A stretch of 64,000 nt of DNA, from NCBI RefSeq assembly GCF_017302975.1, contig NZ_JAFIMT010000003.1; one strand, given 5' to 3'. The position numbers and the translations under genes are program-made. This stretch comes from Corallococcus exiguus (GTDB lineage: Bacteria; Myxococcota; Myxococcia; Myxococcales; Myxococcaceae). Under the pieces are notes generated by a model, which worked only from the letters and a program-made list of their open reading frames with translations, ran no database searches and was not told where the DNA came from. The number at the start of each line of letters is the position of its first letter. Position 1 is the first letter of the stretch. Shown piece after piece: positions 1 to 9,481 of the stretch.

Positions 1-6
1 GCGGAG

Positions 7-2391
7 GTGTACAACCCTACAAGCAACACCTGGGCGGCGACGGGCAGCCTGGCGGCGGCGCGCTACAACCACACGGCGACGCTGCTTCCTTCAGGCAAGG
101 TGCTGGTCGTAGGTGGCCGCAACGGCACCGGCCTGCTGGCGATGGCCGAAGAGTATGACCCGAGCACCGGGCAGTGGAGTGCGACGGGTGCGCTGGGTAC
201 GGCCAGGGAGCTGCACACCGCCACCCTGCTGAGCACAGGGCATGTGCTGGTGTCCGGCGGAATGTCTGGCAGTGCCGCGACGGCCGCACTCGCGAGCACG
301 GAGGTGTACGACCCCGCCACCCAGCTGTGGAGCGCGGCGACGCCGATGGCTGGTGCTCGGTACTCGCATGTGGCGGTGTCGCTGGGGGCGCAGGGCAAGG
401 TGCTGGTGGTGGGCGGCCTGGGCTCCAGCGGCACGAGCCTGAAGACGGCGGAACTGTATGGCTACGACGCGTGCACCTGGGTGACCTGCAACAGCTCCCC
501 GGGGCCCTGCTACGAAGCGACGGGGACGTGTGGCAATGGCGTGTGCAGCTACGCGCCGAAGGCCGCTGGAGTCACCTGCGACGATGGGGATACGTGCACC
601 ACCGCGGACGCGTGTAACGGCGCGGGAGAATGCGCGGGGAATGCCACCCAGTGCGGCAGTCCTCCGGGGCAGTGCTACGAGACGGCGGGAACGTGCAGCG
701 AGGGGACGTGCTCCTACTCGTACAAGGCGACAGGCAACGCGTGTGATGACGGGGATGCGTGCACGGTGGGCGAGACGTGCAATGGAGCGGGCGGATGCTC
801 GGGCACGCCGGTGACGTGCAACAGCCCGCCGAGCCAGTGCTTCGAGTTGGCGGGGACGTGCAGCGACGGGGCGTGCACCTATGCGCCGAAGGCGGCGGGC
901 ACGGCTTGTGATGACAACAATGGGGGCACCATCAACGACGTGTGCAGCGGAGCGGGCGTCTGCGCCGGAGTGCCGGCCTGCACGACACCGCCGGACGCCT
1001 GCCATGGCTCCCCGGGCACGTACTCCAACGGAGCGTGCACCTACCCGCCGAAGGCCGCGGGCACCCTCTGCGATGACAGTAACTCGTGTACGACGAGCGA
1101 CGTCTGCGACGGTGCGGGCATCTGTCGCGGCTCGGAGCTGAGCTGCAACAGCCCTCCCAATCAGTGCTACCAGTCCGCCGGCACCTGCTCCAACGGCACC
1201 TGCTCCTATGTGCCGAAGGCCGCGAGCACCAGCTGCGATGACAGCGACTCGTGCACGACGGGCGATGTCTGCAACGGTGCTGGCTCCTGTGGCGGCTCCC
1301 CCCTGAGTTGCAGCACCGCCAGCAACAACTACTGCAGCGGCAATGACATCCGGAGGACCACGGGTACTGGCACCTGTAGCGGCGGCTCCTGCCAGTCGAC
1401 TGACGTCCTCGTGCAGACGTGCCAGACCGGCAGCAGCGGTCCCTACTGCAGCGGCAACGGCGCCTACCAGACCGTCTATGGCGGCTGCTCCAACGGGGCC
1501 TGCACGTCCTCCCAGCAACTCATCGAGTCGTGCTCCACCTCCAGCAGCAACTACTGCAGCGGCAACACCGTCCGGAAGCTCACCGGCACCGGTTGCAGCG
1601 GCGGCAACTGCGGCTCCACCGACACCCTCGTCCAGACGTGCTCTACCGCGAGCAACGACTACTGCAGCGGCAACACCGTCCGCAGGACCACCGGCACCGG
1701 TTGCAGCGGCGGCTCCTGCGGCTCCACGGACACCGCCGTCCATACGTGCTCCCCGGTGGACAGCTATTCGTGCAGCGGCAACACCGTCCAGAAGACCACC
1801 AGCGGCTTATGCAGCGGTGGCGGATGTGGTGGCAGCACCACCACCAACGTCACGACGTGCTCCCCCTTCGACACCTATTCCTGCAACGGCAACACCGTCC
1901 AGAAGACCACGCTCGGCCTCTGCAGCGGCCGCGGCTGCGGTGGCAGCAGCACCACCACGGTCCAGACGTGCTCCCCTTATGTCTACTACTACTGCAGCGG
2001 CAACACCGTCACGAGGGTCACTGGCGGCCAATGCATGGGCGGCGGATGCTATGGCATCAGCACCACCAACGTCGCGACGTGCACCCCCGTGGACAGCTAC
2101 GTCTGCAACGGCAACACCGTCCAGAGGGTCACCAGCGGCCAATGCATGGGCGACGGCTGCTATGGCACCACCTACACCGACGTCGAAACCTGTGGCAGCG
2201 GACAGACGTGCAGCAACGGAGCGTGCGTTGCCGCCGGTGCAAGATGGGTCAACACGGGTACGTGCGACGACGGCTCCCGCGCCTGCCGGACCGTCAACTG
2301 CAACAACTTCTCCCCGGGTGGGCCCTGCGCACCACTGGGCTCTGCTTGTGCCATCGGCAGCAGCCCCAGATACCAATGGGCTTGTCTGTAG
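7..2391 (+). CDS. Secreted Kelch-repeat protein with two families of tandem Cys-rich repeats (5' partial, runs off the window start)
   Basis: Open frame from window edge. N-terminal Kelch-like repeats (YNHTATLLPSGKVLVVGGRNG.., YSHVAVSL..GKVLVVGG). Then about 6 copies of a roughly 50-aa repeat CNSPPxQC(Y/F)ExAGTCxxGxCxYxPKAAGTxCDDxDxCTxxDxCNGAGxC, and then about 8 copies of a roughly 40-aa repeat CSGNTVxKTTGxGCSGGxCGSTDTxVQTCS. High GC3. Confidence 0.7.
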   Translation: MYNPTSNTWAATGSLAAARYNHTATLLPSGKVLVVGGRNGTGLLAMAEEYDPSTGQWSATGALGTARELHTATLLSTGHVLVSGGMSGSAATAALASTEVYDPATQLWSAATPMAGARYSHVAVSLGAQGKVLVVGGLGSSGTSLKTAELYGYDACTWVTCNSSPGPCYEATGTCGNGVCSYAPKAAGVTCDDGDTCTTADACNGAGECAGNATQCGSPPGQCYETAGTCSEGTCSYSYKATGNACDDGDACTVGETCNGAGGCSGTPVTCNSPPSQCFELAGTCSDGACTYAPKAAGTACDDNNGGTINDVCSGAGVCAGVPACTTPPDACHGSPGTYSNGACTYPPKAAGTLCDDSNSCTTSDVCDGAGICRGSELSCNSPPNQCYQSAGTCSNGTCSYVPKAASTSCDDSDSCTTGDVCNGAGSCGGSPLSCSTASNNYCSGNDIRRTTGTGTCSGGSCQSTDVLVQTCQTGSSGPYCSGNGAYQTVYGGCSNGACTSSQQLIESCSTSSSNYCSGNTVRKLTGTGCSGGNCGSTDTLVQTCSTASNDYCSGNTVRRTTGTGCSGGSCGSTDTAVHTCSPVDSYSCSGNTVQKTTSGLCSGGGCGGSTTTNVTTCSPFDTYSCNGNTVQKTTLGLCSGRGCGGSSTTTVQTCSPYVYYYCSGNTVTRVTGGQCMGGGCYGISTTNVATCTPVDSYVCNGNTVQRVTSGQCMGDGCYGTTYTDVETCGSGQTCSNGACVAAGARWVNTGTCDDGSRACRTVNCNNFSPGGPCAPLGSACAIGSSPRYQWACL

Positions 2392-2451
2392 GATCCGCCC
2401 CACTCCTGGCCGCACCCGGCACTGACGGCTCCGCTCTCCAACACGGAGCCG

Positions 2452-3860
2452 TCATGCAGTGGAGGCCCGCGTCGCCGTCACCGACGGACGGGCCGGATAC
2501 ACGGCCGCCAATGCGCCCAAGAGGATGTGCAGCAGGAAGAGCAGTGGCGTCTGCCGGTACTCCCATTCGGAGAAGCTCTGGGCGAAGGCTCCCAGCAGGC
2601 CGAAGAAGACTCCGATTCCGAAGCGTGAGCGCAGCGCGGGCGAACGCTTGAGGAAGAAGCTGGCTCCCATCTTGAACCAGCTCAGCCAGACCGCCGCGAA
2701 GAGGATGACCCCGGGCCAGCCTGTCTCTCCCAGCGTGATGAGATACAGGCTGTGTCCCGGGGGCGCCTGGGCCGCGTCCACGTTCGAACCCGCCGGGATG
2801 GGTCCCTTCGGCGGTGCTTCATCCGTGCCTGTGTAGGGGATGTAGCCGAAGCCGATCATCCGGCCATACTGGTTGGACACCGCGTAGGACCAGTTGTTCA
2901 GCCCGACTCCGAAGACATGGTCCTCCTGCATCAACCGCGCGAGGTGGACGTAGGCGCCACGGCCTTCGTGCTCCTTGCCCCCGAACTCGCTGGAGAGTCC
3001 TCCTTCGGTATCGAAGCGGGCCTGGAAGGCCGGTGCCAGCTTGAGGCCCAGGGGAATGGCCGCGAGCAACAGCAGGAGCGCCACCCCTGCTGTCTTTGGC
3101 GTTGGCTTCAACGCCCCACACGTCAGGCCCACCGCCACCAGGAGCAGCCCTAGCGAAACCAGTCCCGCTCGCGACACGGTGCACAGCACCGAGATGGAGC
3201 CCAGGAAGGTGGCCACTCCGCACAGACGTTTGAGACGTGGCCCTACGTCCGAGAGCGCGACCGCTAGCAGCACCGGGACCGCGATGAGGTTGAACATCGA
3301 CACGGTGTTCGGGTGGAACAGCGTCCCGTCCGCCCGGCTGTGCCCCAGCACGACCCGTGAGTGGATCACCCAGAACCACTCGTAGATGACCGTGATGGCC
3401 AGCGCCGCGACGAGGCGCCGGAGGTCCCGCTCATTCTTCACGCAGGCCGCGATCGTCACGTACACCATGACGGCGCGGAACATCTTCGACAGCTCGAAGA
3501 GGCCGAACAACTGGGGCTCGGAGAGCAGGACGTTCACCGCGTTGTAGGCGAGGAACATCCCCATGATGCCCAGCCCGTGGGGCCACTCGCGCCTTGGCAT
3601 TGGCTTGCGGTGCCGCTGCTCGTCCACCCACAGGAAGATCCACAGGAAGTCGAGCCAGCTGAACTCGAAGCCGCGCGTGGTTCCGCGGTACCAGGCCCGG
3701 CTGAAGAAGTTGAGGGAGAAGGCCGTGGCGTGGGTCGTGCCCCAGACGAGCAAGGCGACGCAGAGATGTCTCAGGCGCTCGGACCTCCCGACGGCGTGAA
3801 TCCCGGCGGGAATGACGACCGCGCACAGGCCCAGGAAGAGGAGGGACTTCGTCTCCATCA
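2452..3860 (-). CDS. O-antigen ligase / Wzy-family polysaccharide polymerase (multi-pass membrane protein)
   Basis: About 10-12 hydrophobic segments. Large loop with HSLYLITLGETGWPG, which matches the H-x3-L-x4-E-x-G-x2-G O-antigen-ligase (Wzy_C) signature. Start taken at METKSLLF (ATG 3860..3858) because the upstream same-strand gene ends at 3858; the longer ORF-track 5' extension is Arg/Gly-rich junk. Confidence 0.65.
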
Positions 3861-4691
3861 GCGCGCCGCGATGTCGATGCGCCGGTAGAGCTCGTCTTCC
3901 TCGAAGAAGCACGGGAGGAACTCGCCTCCGTCCACGTCGTGCAGCGTGTGCCAGCGCGGCTCCGCGTCGCGGCGCTCCATCTGAGAGGCGTGCAGCGCCA
4001 GCGCGGCTCGCTTCTGCTCCACCACGCCCCGGAGGGACACCTTCGTCCGGAAGTCCTTGAGCATCCGCAGCCCCAGCCTCGTGGACACCGTTCCCGCGAG
4101 CACCGACCGCTGCTGCCTTCGCGTCCTCCCGAAGCCCACCATGGGCCAGTGCCTCCAGGCCCATACCGCGTACTCGAATACCGTGACGGGCCTCCCTACC
4201 CTTGCCACTGCCTCATGCACGAGGTGGTTCGTGCTCACGTGGTCCGCGTGTTCGCCCCGAGCGTACGGGACGAAGAGCTGCTCCGGCCGGTGCCTCCGCA
4301 GCAGGTCCTCCACCCTGGCCACTGCCGCCTCCTGGTTCGCGTGCAGCGCTCCGTCGGGAAAGCCCAGCAGGAAGACGTCCGCCTCATCCACTCCCAGGAC
4401 CTTCGCCGCGCCCAGCGCCTCTTGCGCTCGCTGTGCCTTCAGTTCGTCGCGTGAGATCAGGTGCGCGTGTGAGCTGGCACCGTCCGTCAGGAGGACGATC
4501 CGAACCGCCGCCCCCGCTCGCCGCTTCTGGAGGATGGCGCCCCCACACCCCAGCGTCTCGTCATCCGGGTGCGGCGCGAACACCATCGCGGGACACTGGA
4601 GTTCGTCCTCGTTGAACGTGCGGGCTCGCCGTCCCAGCGCCAGCCGCTGCAAGCGACGGAGTCCCCTCCTCACCGGGCTTCCGTCCATCAT
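3858..4691 (-). CDS. PIG-L family (LmbE-like) N-acetylglucosaminyl deacetylase
   Basis: HPDDETLGCGG motif and overall PIG-L layout. Start MMDGSPV at 4691 forms an ATGA overlap with the stop of the upstream GT1 (4688); the ORF-track 5' extension is an Arg/Gly-rich artefact. Confidence 0.75.
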   Translation of the reverse strand: MMDGSPVRRGLRRLQRLALGRRARTFNEDELQCPAMVFAPHPDDETLGCGGAILQKRRAGAAVRIVLLTDGASSHAHLISRDELKAQRAQEALGAAKVLGVDEADVFLLGFPDGALHANQEAAVARVEDLLRRHRPEQLFVPYARGEHADHVSTNHLVHEAVARVGRPVTVFEYAVWAWRHWPMVGFGRTRRQQRSVLAGTVSTRLGLRMLKDFRTKVSLRGVVEQKRAALALHASQMERRDAEPRWHTLHDVDGGEFLPCFFEEDELYRRIDIAAR

Positions 4692-5965
4692 CGCCGCGAT
4701 CCTTCCTCGAGGACCGCCTGGTAGAGCTCCGCGACCTTGCTCGCCACCACGTCCCAGCTGTAGCGCTGGCGCACCTGCGCGGCACCCGCTCGCGCCGCCA
4801 CGTCCAGCCGCACGGGGTTGGCGAGTGCCTGCCGCAGCGCCTGGGCCCAGTCCGCTACCTCCAGGGTCGGCACGCTCAGCCCTTCCGGACCAATGGCTCC
4901 GGCGAGATCCGCCAGACCCGAGTGCACCGCCAGCAATGCCGGCCTCCCCGCCGCCCATGCCTCCAACACCGCCAGCCCGAAGGCCTCGTGCGCCGAGGGC
5001 ACCAGCACGAGCCTGGAGAGCGCCAGGAGATCCGGAACCTCGCGGGCCGCGTCCAGATTGCCGAGGACATGGACGCGCTCGCCGAGCCCCAGTGCCTGGA
5101 TCTCTTGCTTCAGCTGTTCCCCATAGGCGGCGTCCACCGTCGCGCCCGCGAGGACCAGGTGGTGATCCTCGGGCGCCCCCACTGCGAAGGCCCTCACGGC
5201 CAACACCTGGTTCTTCTGCGGCGAAATGCGCCCCACCAGGGTGACCACGCGTGCGCTGGCGAACCGGGGCCAACGCTCTCTCGCCCGCTGCGCGCTTCCC
5301 TTGGCCATCCGCTCCAGGTCCACGCCCTGATCGAGCCTCACCGCCCGGTCCCCGACCACCTCGGCCAGGGCGCGACGCTCCTCTTCGTTGAAGGTGATGA
5401 CTCGCGCGGCGTCCTGGATGACGCGCCGGGCACCGAACAGCCATCCGATGGGCCGGCCCACATCGATGAGGCCGGACAGGCGCCGCGCGGTGTCCTGCTC
5501 CAGCCAGGACCTCCGCGCCAACAGCGGCCCATGCACCGAGATGACATAGGGGCGCCTCGTGAGCCTCATGGCCGTCCGCACGGATCCGCCGATGCGCCCC
5601 GCCGTGTGCAGGTGCGCCAGGGCCAGGCCCGTGTCCTTCGCGAGCCGGAGCGGCTCATCGAAGGTGGCCAGGTTGCCGGCATTGGCGACGAGCGCCCTTC
5701 GCTTCTCGGCCGGGCCCAGGAACGGACAGAACGCCTGATAGCGCAGCAGCGGCACCTCGGGGCCCAACGCTCGATCCGGCTCCGAGGGCCCCGCCGGTGC
5801 GTGCACCTCCGGCCCCCAGCCCAACGCCGCCAGCCGCCGCGTCACCTCCACGACGTGCGTCTCCGTCCCGCCCCACTCGCGCGGGTCGTACTTGCGAAGG
5901 ACATGCACCACGCGCCGCCCGGGGCGCTCCACAGCCGTCATATGCACGGGCAAGACGCAATTCAT
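4688..5965 (-). CDS. Glycosyltransferase family 1 (GT4-type)
   Basis: GT-B fold pattern, C-terminal E-x7-E-like region (SAHEAFGLAVLEAWAAGRPAL), typical length of 425 aa. Confidence 0.75.
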   Translation of the reverse strand: MNCVLPVHMTAVERPGRRVVHVLRKYDPREWGGTETHVVEVTRRLAALGWGPEVHAPAGPSEPDRALGPEVPLLRYQAFCPFLGPAEKRRALVANAGNLATFDEPLRLAKDTGLALAHLHTAGRIGGSVRTAMRLTRRPYVISVHGPLLARRSWLEQDTARRLSGLIDVGRPIGWLFGARRVIQDAARVITFNEEERRALAEVVGDRAVRLDQGVDLERMAKGSAQRARERWPRFASARVVTLVGRISPQKNQVLAVRAFAVGAPEDHHLVLAGATVDAAYGEQLKQEIQALGLGERVHVLGNLDAAREVPDLLALSRLVLVPSAHEAFGLAVLEAWAAGRPALLAVHSGLADLAGAIGPEGLSVPTLEVADWAQALRQALANPVRLDVAARAGAAQVRQRYSWDVVASKVAELYQAVLEEGSRR

Positions 5966-6020
5966 GGACCAGACACTCCGCGCCCCACCCGCGGCGTCCC
6001 TCCCTCCCCACTCCCATTCC

Positions 6021-6040
6021 GAGACGTCTCAATGCGAGAC
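6021..6040. promoter_or_regulatory. GAGACGTCTC palindrome plus GTCTC-AATGC-GAGAC motif in a divergent promoter region between two GT1 genes
   Basis: Located between divergent genes (5965 minus / 6112 plus); instance 1 of GTCTC-N5-GAGAC. Confidence 0.55.
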
Positions 6041-6111
6041 ATCCGGGCCGTGAATCAGCAAGGAGGCTGCTCGCGGGGAGGCATGTCCCCTGCAAGCGGC
6101 TGGGCCTGCCC

Positions 6112-7305
6112 GTGAGAGTCACCGTCCTCACCAACCTGTACCCTCCCGACGTCCTCGGCGGCTACGAACTGCTCGCACGGGATGTGGTGGAGGGGTTGGA
6201 GCGGAGCGGCCACGAGGTCGATGTCCTCACCAGCGGCGATGGCTCCGAGAACGGGCGCGTGCTGCGGACCCTGTGCCTGGCTCGCCGCTTCGGCTGGCCC
6301 GCGGGGAGGGATCGCCTCCGACACTTCGTGGCCGGTGTGCGGAACATGGCGGCGGTGCGCCGCTACCTGAAGGTCCGTGGCAGGCCGGACGCGGTGCTGG
6401 TCATGAGCCTGCGGAGACTGGGGCTCGCTCCGCTGCGAGTGCTCCAGGAGGCAGGCGTCCCAGCTATCGTCACGGTGAACGACGACTGGCCGGTGGCGTT
6501 CAGCGTGGGGCGCGACGCGCCGCCCTGGGCCCGGCTGGGTGGCGTCATCGACTCGCTGGTGGTGCCTTCACGAACTTGGAGCGGCATCCAACCCGCAGGG
6601 GTCGCGTGGCTTTCGGACGCGGTCCGGCGCACGTGCCTCGCGGCGGGTGTGCCGCTGGACTTCGGTGTCGTGCGGCCGCAGGGCGTGGACCTGTCACGCT
6701 TCACCCCACGTCCCTTCCGGCCCATGCGCCCGGAGCCTCGGCTACTCTTCGTCGGCCGGCTCCATCCGAGCAAGGCCCCCGATGCAGCCATCGACACCCT
6801 GGCTTCCTTGGAGAAGCGCGGCGTCCAGGCCACCCTCACGCTCGCGGGCGCGGCGGACGATCCCGCGTACCTCACGTCCTTGCGGCAACGGGCGCGGGGC
6901 CTGCGGGTGGACGGACGCGTGGCATGGGCCGGGCAGCTGCCCCGCGAGCAGTTGCTTCCGCTGTATCAGGACGCGGATGCACTCCTGTTCGCGTCGAAGC
7001 TGGAGCACGAGGGCCAGGGCCTCACGTACCTGGAGGCCATGGCCTGTGGCCTGCCGGTGGCGGCGTCCCCCAGCGGCGGGGCTCGCGACTTCCTCGAGCG
7101 GCACGATGCTTCCCTGCTGGTGAAGGCGTGCACGGGTGAAGCGTTCGCCGAGGCGCTGGCGGCCCTCCACCGGGACGCGGCGGCGCAGGAGGTGCTCGTC
7201 CAGCGGGCGCTCGACATCGTGAGGGAGCACGCGTCACTCGACGCCTACGTCCGCGGCATCGAGGGGCTGCTACTCGATGGGGCTCAAGCTCACTGCCTCC
7301 GCTGA
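6112..7305 (+). CDS. Glycosyltransferase family 1
   Basis: VRVTVLTNLYPPDVLGGYE N-terminus typical of GT1; FASKLEHEGQGLTYLEAMACGLPV E-x7-E region. Start placed at in-frame GTG 6112 (divergent from the gene ending/starting at 5965); the ORF-track start 5797 would overlap the neighbouring gene. Confidence 0.7.
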   Translation: MRVTVLTNLYPPDVLGGYELLARDVVEGLERSGHEVDVLTSGDGSENGRVLRTLCLARRFGWPAGRDRLRHFVAGVRNMAAVRRYLKVRGRPDAVLVMSLRRLGLAPLRVLQEAGVPAIVTVNDDWPVAFSVGRDAPPWARLGGVIDSLVVPSRTWSGIQPAGVAWLSDAVRRTCLAAGVPLDFGVVRPQGVDLSRFTPRPFRPMRPEPRLLFVGRLHPSKAPDAAIDTLASLEKRGVQATLTLAGAADDPAYLTSLRQRARGLRVDGRVAWAGQLPREQLLPLYQDADALLFASKLEHEGQGLTYLEAMACGLPVAASPSGGARDFLERHDASLLVKACTGEAFAEALAALHRDAAAQEVLVQRALDIVREHASLDAYVRGIEGLLLDGAQAHCLR

Positions 7306-7451
7306 CCCACGCTCGCATCCGAATGCCCGATCCGCAGGCGCGGCCTCGACATAAGAAACTTCTGCGCGGTGCGCGCTCAAACTCACTGCCTCCGCAGCAC
7401 CACCCGCTGACCGACGCTCGCGTCCGCGTTCCCGCTCCGCAGGCGCTGCTC
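7282..7451. repeat. Imperfect direct repeat of about 70 bp spanning the 3' ends of convergent GT1 (plus) and GT2 (minus) genes
   Basis: GCTCAAGCTCACTGCCTCCGC..TGACCCACGCTCGCATCCG..CCGCAGGCGC at 7282-7345 versus GCTCAAACTCACTGCCTCCGC..TGACCGACGCTCGCGTCCG..CCGCAGGCGC at 7375-7451. Confidence 0.6.
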
Positions 7452-8276
7452 TCCCCACTGGTGTCCCTTCCAATAAGCCCAGTGGTACACGAGTCTCCGG
7501 GGAACGGAGAGCGCCAGGCCCGCGGCATCTCGCGCCCGGATGTGCGCGACCGCATCCCTTGCCAATGATGCACCCAGCTTCCGGGCCAGACCTGTCAGCG
7601 ACGCGGCGTCCTCGCGGATGAAGGCATCCGCCTCCCCTTCGATGAAGCGGCGCCCGTACAGCTGTTTCAGCGTGTAGTTGTGCGAATGCATCACCCACGC
7701 GTCCGGCACGTAGCGCACCCGGAGCCCGTGGCCTCGCGCCCGGTGTCCCCACTCCGTGTCCTCGGAGCCCCATGCGTCCTCGTAGAACGGGTGCTGGAGC
7801 CACGCCTCCCGCGTCATTGCCGCGAACGGCAGCGAGTACGTCATCCATGGCGGCGGCGCTCCCTGCTCCGGGAATGCCACCTCGTAATCCCTTCGCACCC
7901 ACGTGTGCGCTTCGGGCCTCGGCAGCTGCCGCGCGAAGGTCGCGTCCGCCTCCGCGCGCTCGATGGGCTCCAGCAACCGGTCCAGCGCCTGCGGCGTCAG
8001 CGGCACCACGTCGGAGTTCTGGAAGACGATGATGTCGCCTTGCGCTTCGCGGATGGCTCGATTGAGCACCACGCCCGGGAAGTACGCCCCGGCGTCGATG
8101 CGGATCAGCTTGCAGGGGAAGCGCGAGACGATGTCCAGCGTCGCGTCCCTGGAGCCCGAGTCCACCACGAGCAACTCGAAGTCCTTGCGCGCCTGCGAGA
8201 ACAGGCCGGAGAGCGCCTGGCCTATGACCCAGGCCGAGTCCTTCGAGCGCATGATGACGGTGACCTTGCGACTCAT
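7383..8276 (-). CDS. Glycosyltransferase family 2
   Basis: MSRKVTVIMRSKD..LLVVDSGSRDATL..GAYFPGVVLNRAIREAQGDIIVFQNSDVV (GT-A fold motifs). ATG at 8276 overlaps the upstream gene stop (ATGA). Confidence 0.75.
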   Translation of the reverse strand: MSRKVTVIMRSKDSAWVIGQALSGLFSQARKDFELLVVDSGSRDATLDIVSRFPCKLIRIDAGAYFPGVVLNRAIREAQGDIIVFQNSDVVPLTPQALDRLLEPIERAEADATFARQLPRPEAHTWVRRDYEVAFPEQGAPPPWMTYSLPFAAMTREAWLQHPFYEDAWGSEDTEWGHRARGHGLRVRYVPDAWVMHSHNYTLKQLYGRRFIEGEADAFIREDAASLTGLARKLGASLARDAVAHIRARDAAGLALSVPRRLVYHWAYWKGHQWGEQRLRSGNADASVGQRVVLRRQ

Positions 8277-9481
8277 GGATGATCCCCCAAGCGCAGGCCG
8301 AGCTTCCTCGCCACGTGCGCGAAGTTGGGGTCGCCCGACTCGCCCCAGTACCTCAGATATGCGCGCCGCAAGGCCGCTGGCTCGCGGTTCGCGGCTCCCA
8401 GCAGTTGCCGCGCGAACTCGGCGTCCCGGGGCTCGCCCACTTCGAACGCCACGAAGGGGAACGCCGCCGCCAACACCCCTCGCGGCCCTCCGAGCCTCAG
8501 CCCCAGCCGCGCTCGGAGCCCCAGCTCGGGTGAAGCCTTTGGCTGGAACCTCACGCCGTTGCGCACCCGTCTCAGCCAGACCTTCGGATGGAGGCCGCCC
8601 TCCTTGAGGGAGTGTTTCAATGCCCGCTCCGCGTATCCGGACCACCTCAGCCCGGGCACTGACAGCCTCGCGGCCTCACACGTGAGGTGCACCTCCGCGA
8701 GCCTCGCTCTCCCCTCGTCCATCCAGGGCCCCAGTTCGCATGGGGCGAAGCGCGCGTAGTCTGGCTCCAGACGGAAGGCGCTCGCCTCGTCGTACAGCTT
8801 GCGGAACGCGGCCGGCACATCGTGCCTCAGCGCCATCCGCCGCCGCTTCTCCGCGTAGCTCCAGTCGTATGCCCCCAGGAAGTACAGCAGCGCGTCGCCG
8901 TAGCCGATGATGGCCTTCGCCGTGTGCCGGATGATGGTTCGGCGCGCGTCCTCATCCGGCGCACCCTGGTCTCGCAGCACCTGGTTGATGATCAGCAGCG
9001 TCCCCCGGTTCACCGCCAGGTTCCGCACGTCGTCGGGTGGGATGGCTTCTCGCGTGAAGTGCTCGAGCCCCGGCAGGAACGACGCATCCCCCGCCACCGT
9101 CTTGTGGCCGAACCGCATGTCGTACCAGATGACCTGACACGGGGACCTCCGCAGCGCCCGCACCGTCGTCACGCCCAGGTCCAATCCCAGCCCGTGCCGC
9201 TCGCGCAGCGGCTCCAGCGCCAGGTCCAGTCGCGCCTTCAGCCCCTCTCGCGGGGCTCGCTCCAGCACCAGGAGGAAGTCGAGGTTGTTGTGCGGCCTTT
9301 CGACTCCGTCCCGCCTCTCCACTCCTCCCTCACCACGCCCGTAGCCGCCAATGAGGGCCAGCGTCCGCAGTTCGTCCGGGCGCACGTGCCCGTGGACGAT
9401 GGCCGCCGCTTCGGCCACCACCTGGGAGATCCTCGCCTCCACCTCGGGCGAGCCCTTCAACGTGAAGCGTCCGTCCCTCAC
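8273..9481 (-). CDS. Hypothetical protein with nucleotidyltransferase-like motif
   Basis: LIGGYGRGEGGV..DLDFLLVLE resembles the GlnD/GlnE-type NTase G[GS]-x9-13-Dh[DE]h motif. GTG start overlaps the upstream stop (GTGA). No further family assignment possible by eye. Confidence 0.45.
   Translation of the reverse strand: MRDGRFTLKGSPEVEARISQVVAEAAAIVHGHVRPDELRTLALIGGYGRGEGGVERRDGVERPHNNLDFLLVLERAPREGLKARLDLALEPLRERHGLGLDLGVTTVRALRRSPCQVIWYDMRFGHKTVAGDASFLPGLEHFTREAIPPDDVRNLAVNRGTLLIINQVLRDQGAPDEDARRTIIRHTAKAIIGYGDALLYFLGAYDWSYAEKRRRMALRHDVPAAFRKLYDEASAFRLEPDYARFAPCELGPWMDEGRARLAEVHLTCEAARLSVPGLRWSGYAERALKHSLKEGGLHPKVWLRRVRNGVRFQPKASPELGLRARLGLRLGGPRGVLAAAFPFVAFEVGEPRDAEFARQLLGAANREPAALRRAYLRYWGESGDPNFAHVARKLGLRLGDHP

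Noticed and set aside
91-2651. Several long ORFs (91..1743 minus, 1343..2425 plus, 1419..2651 plus) overlapping the Kelch/Cys-repeat gene
   Set aside because: Alternative-frame and antisense artefacts (Ala/Arg/Pro-rich, no motifs); the frame-1 plus translation has clear repeat structure.
3858-5444. Long 5' extension of the PIG-L deacetylase ORF (the ORF track shows 528 aa)
   Set aside because: The first 250 aa are Gly/Arg low-complexity and overlap the upstream GT1 gene; the ATGA-coupled start at 4691 gives a canonical PIG-L length.
4922-6115. 397-aa plus-strand ORF across the GT1 gene and the divergent promoter
   Set aside because: Antisense to a well-supported GT1 gene; Arg/Pro-rich composition.
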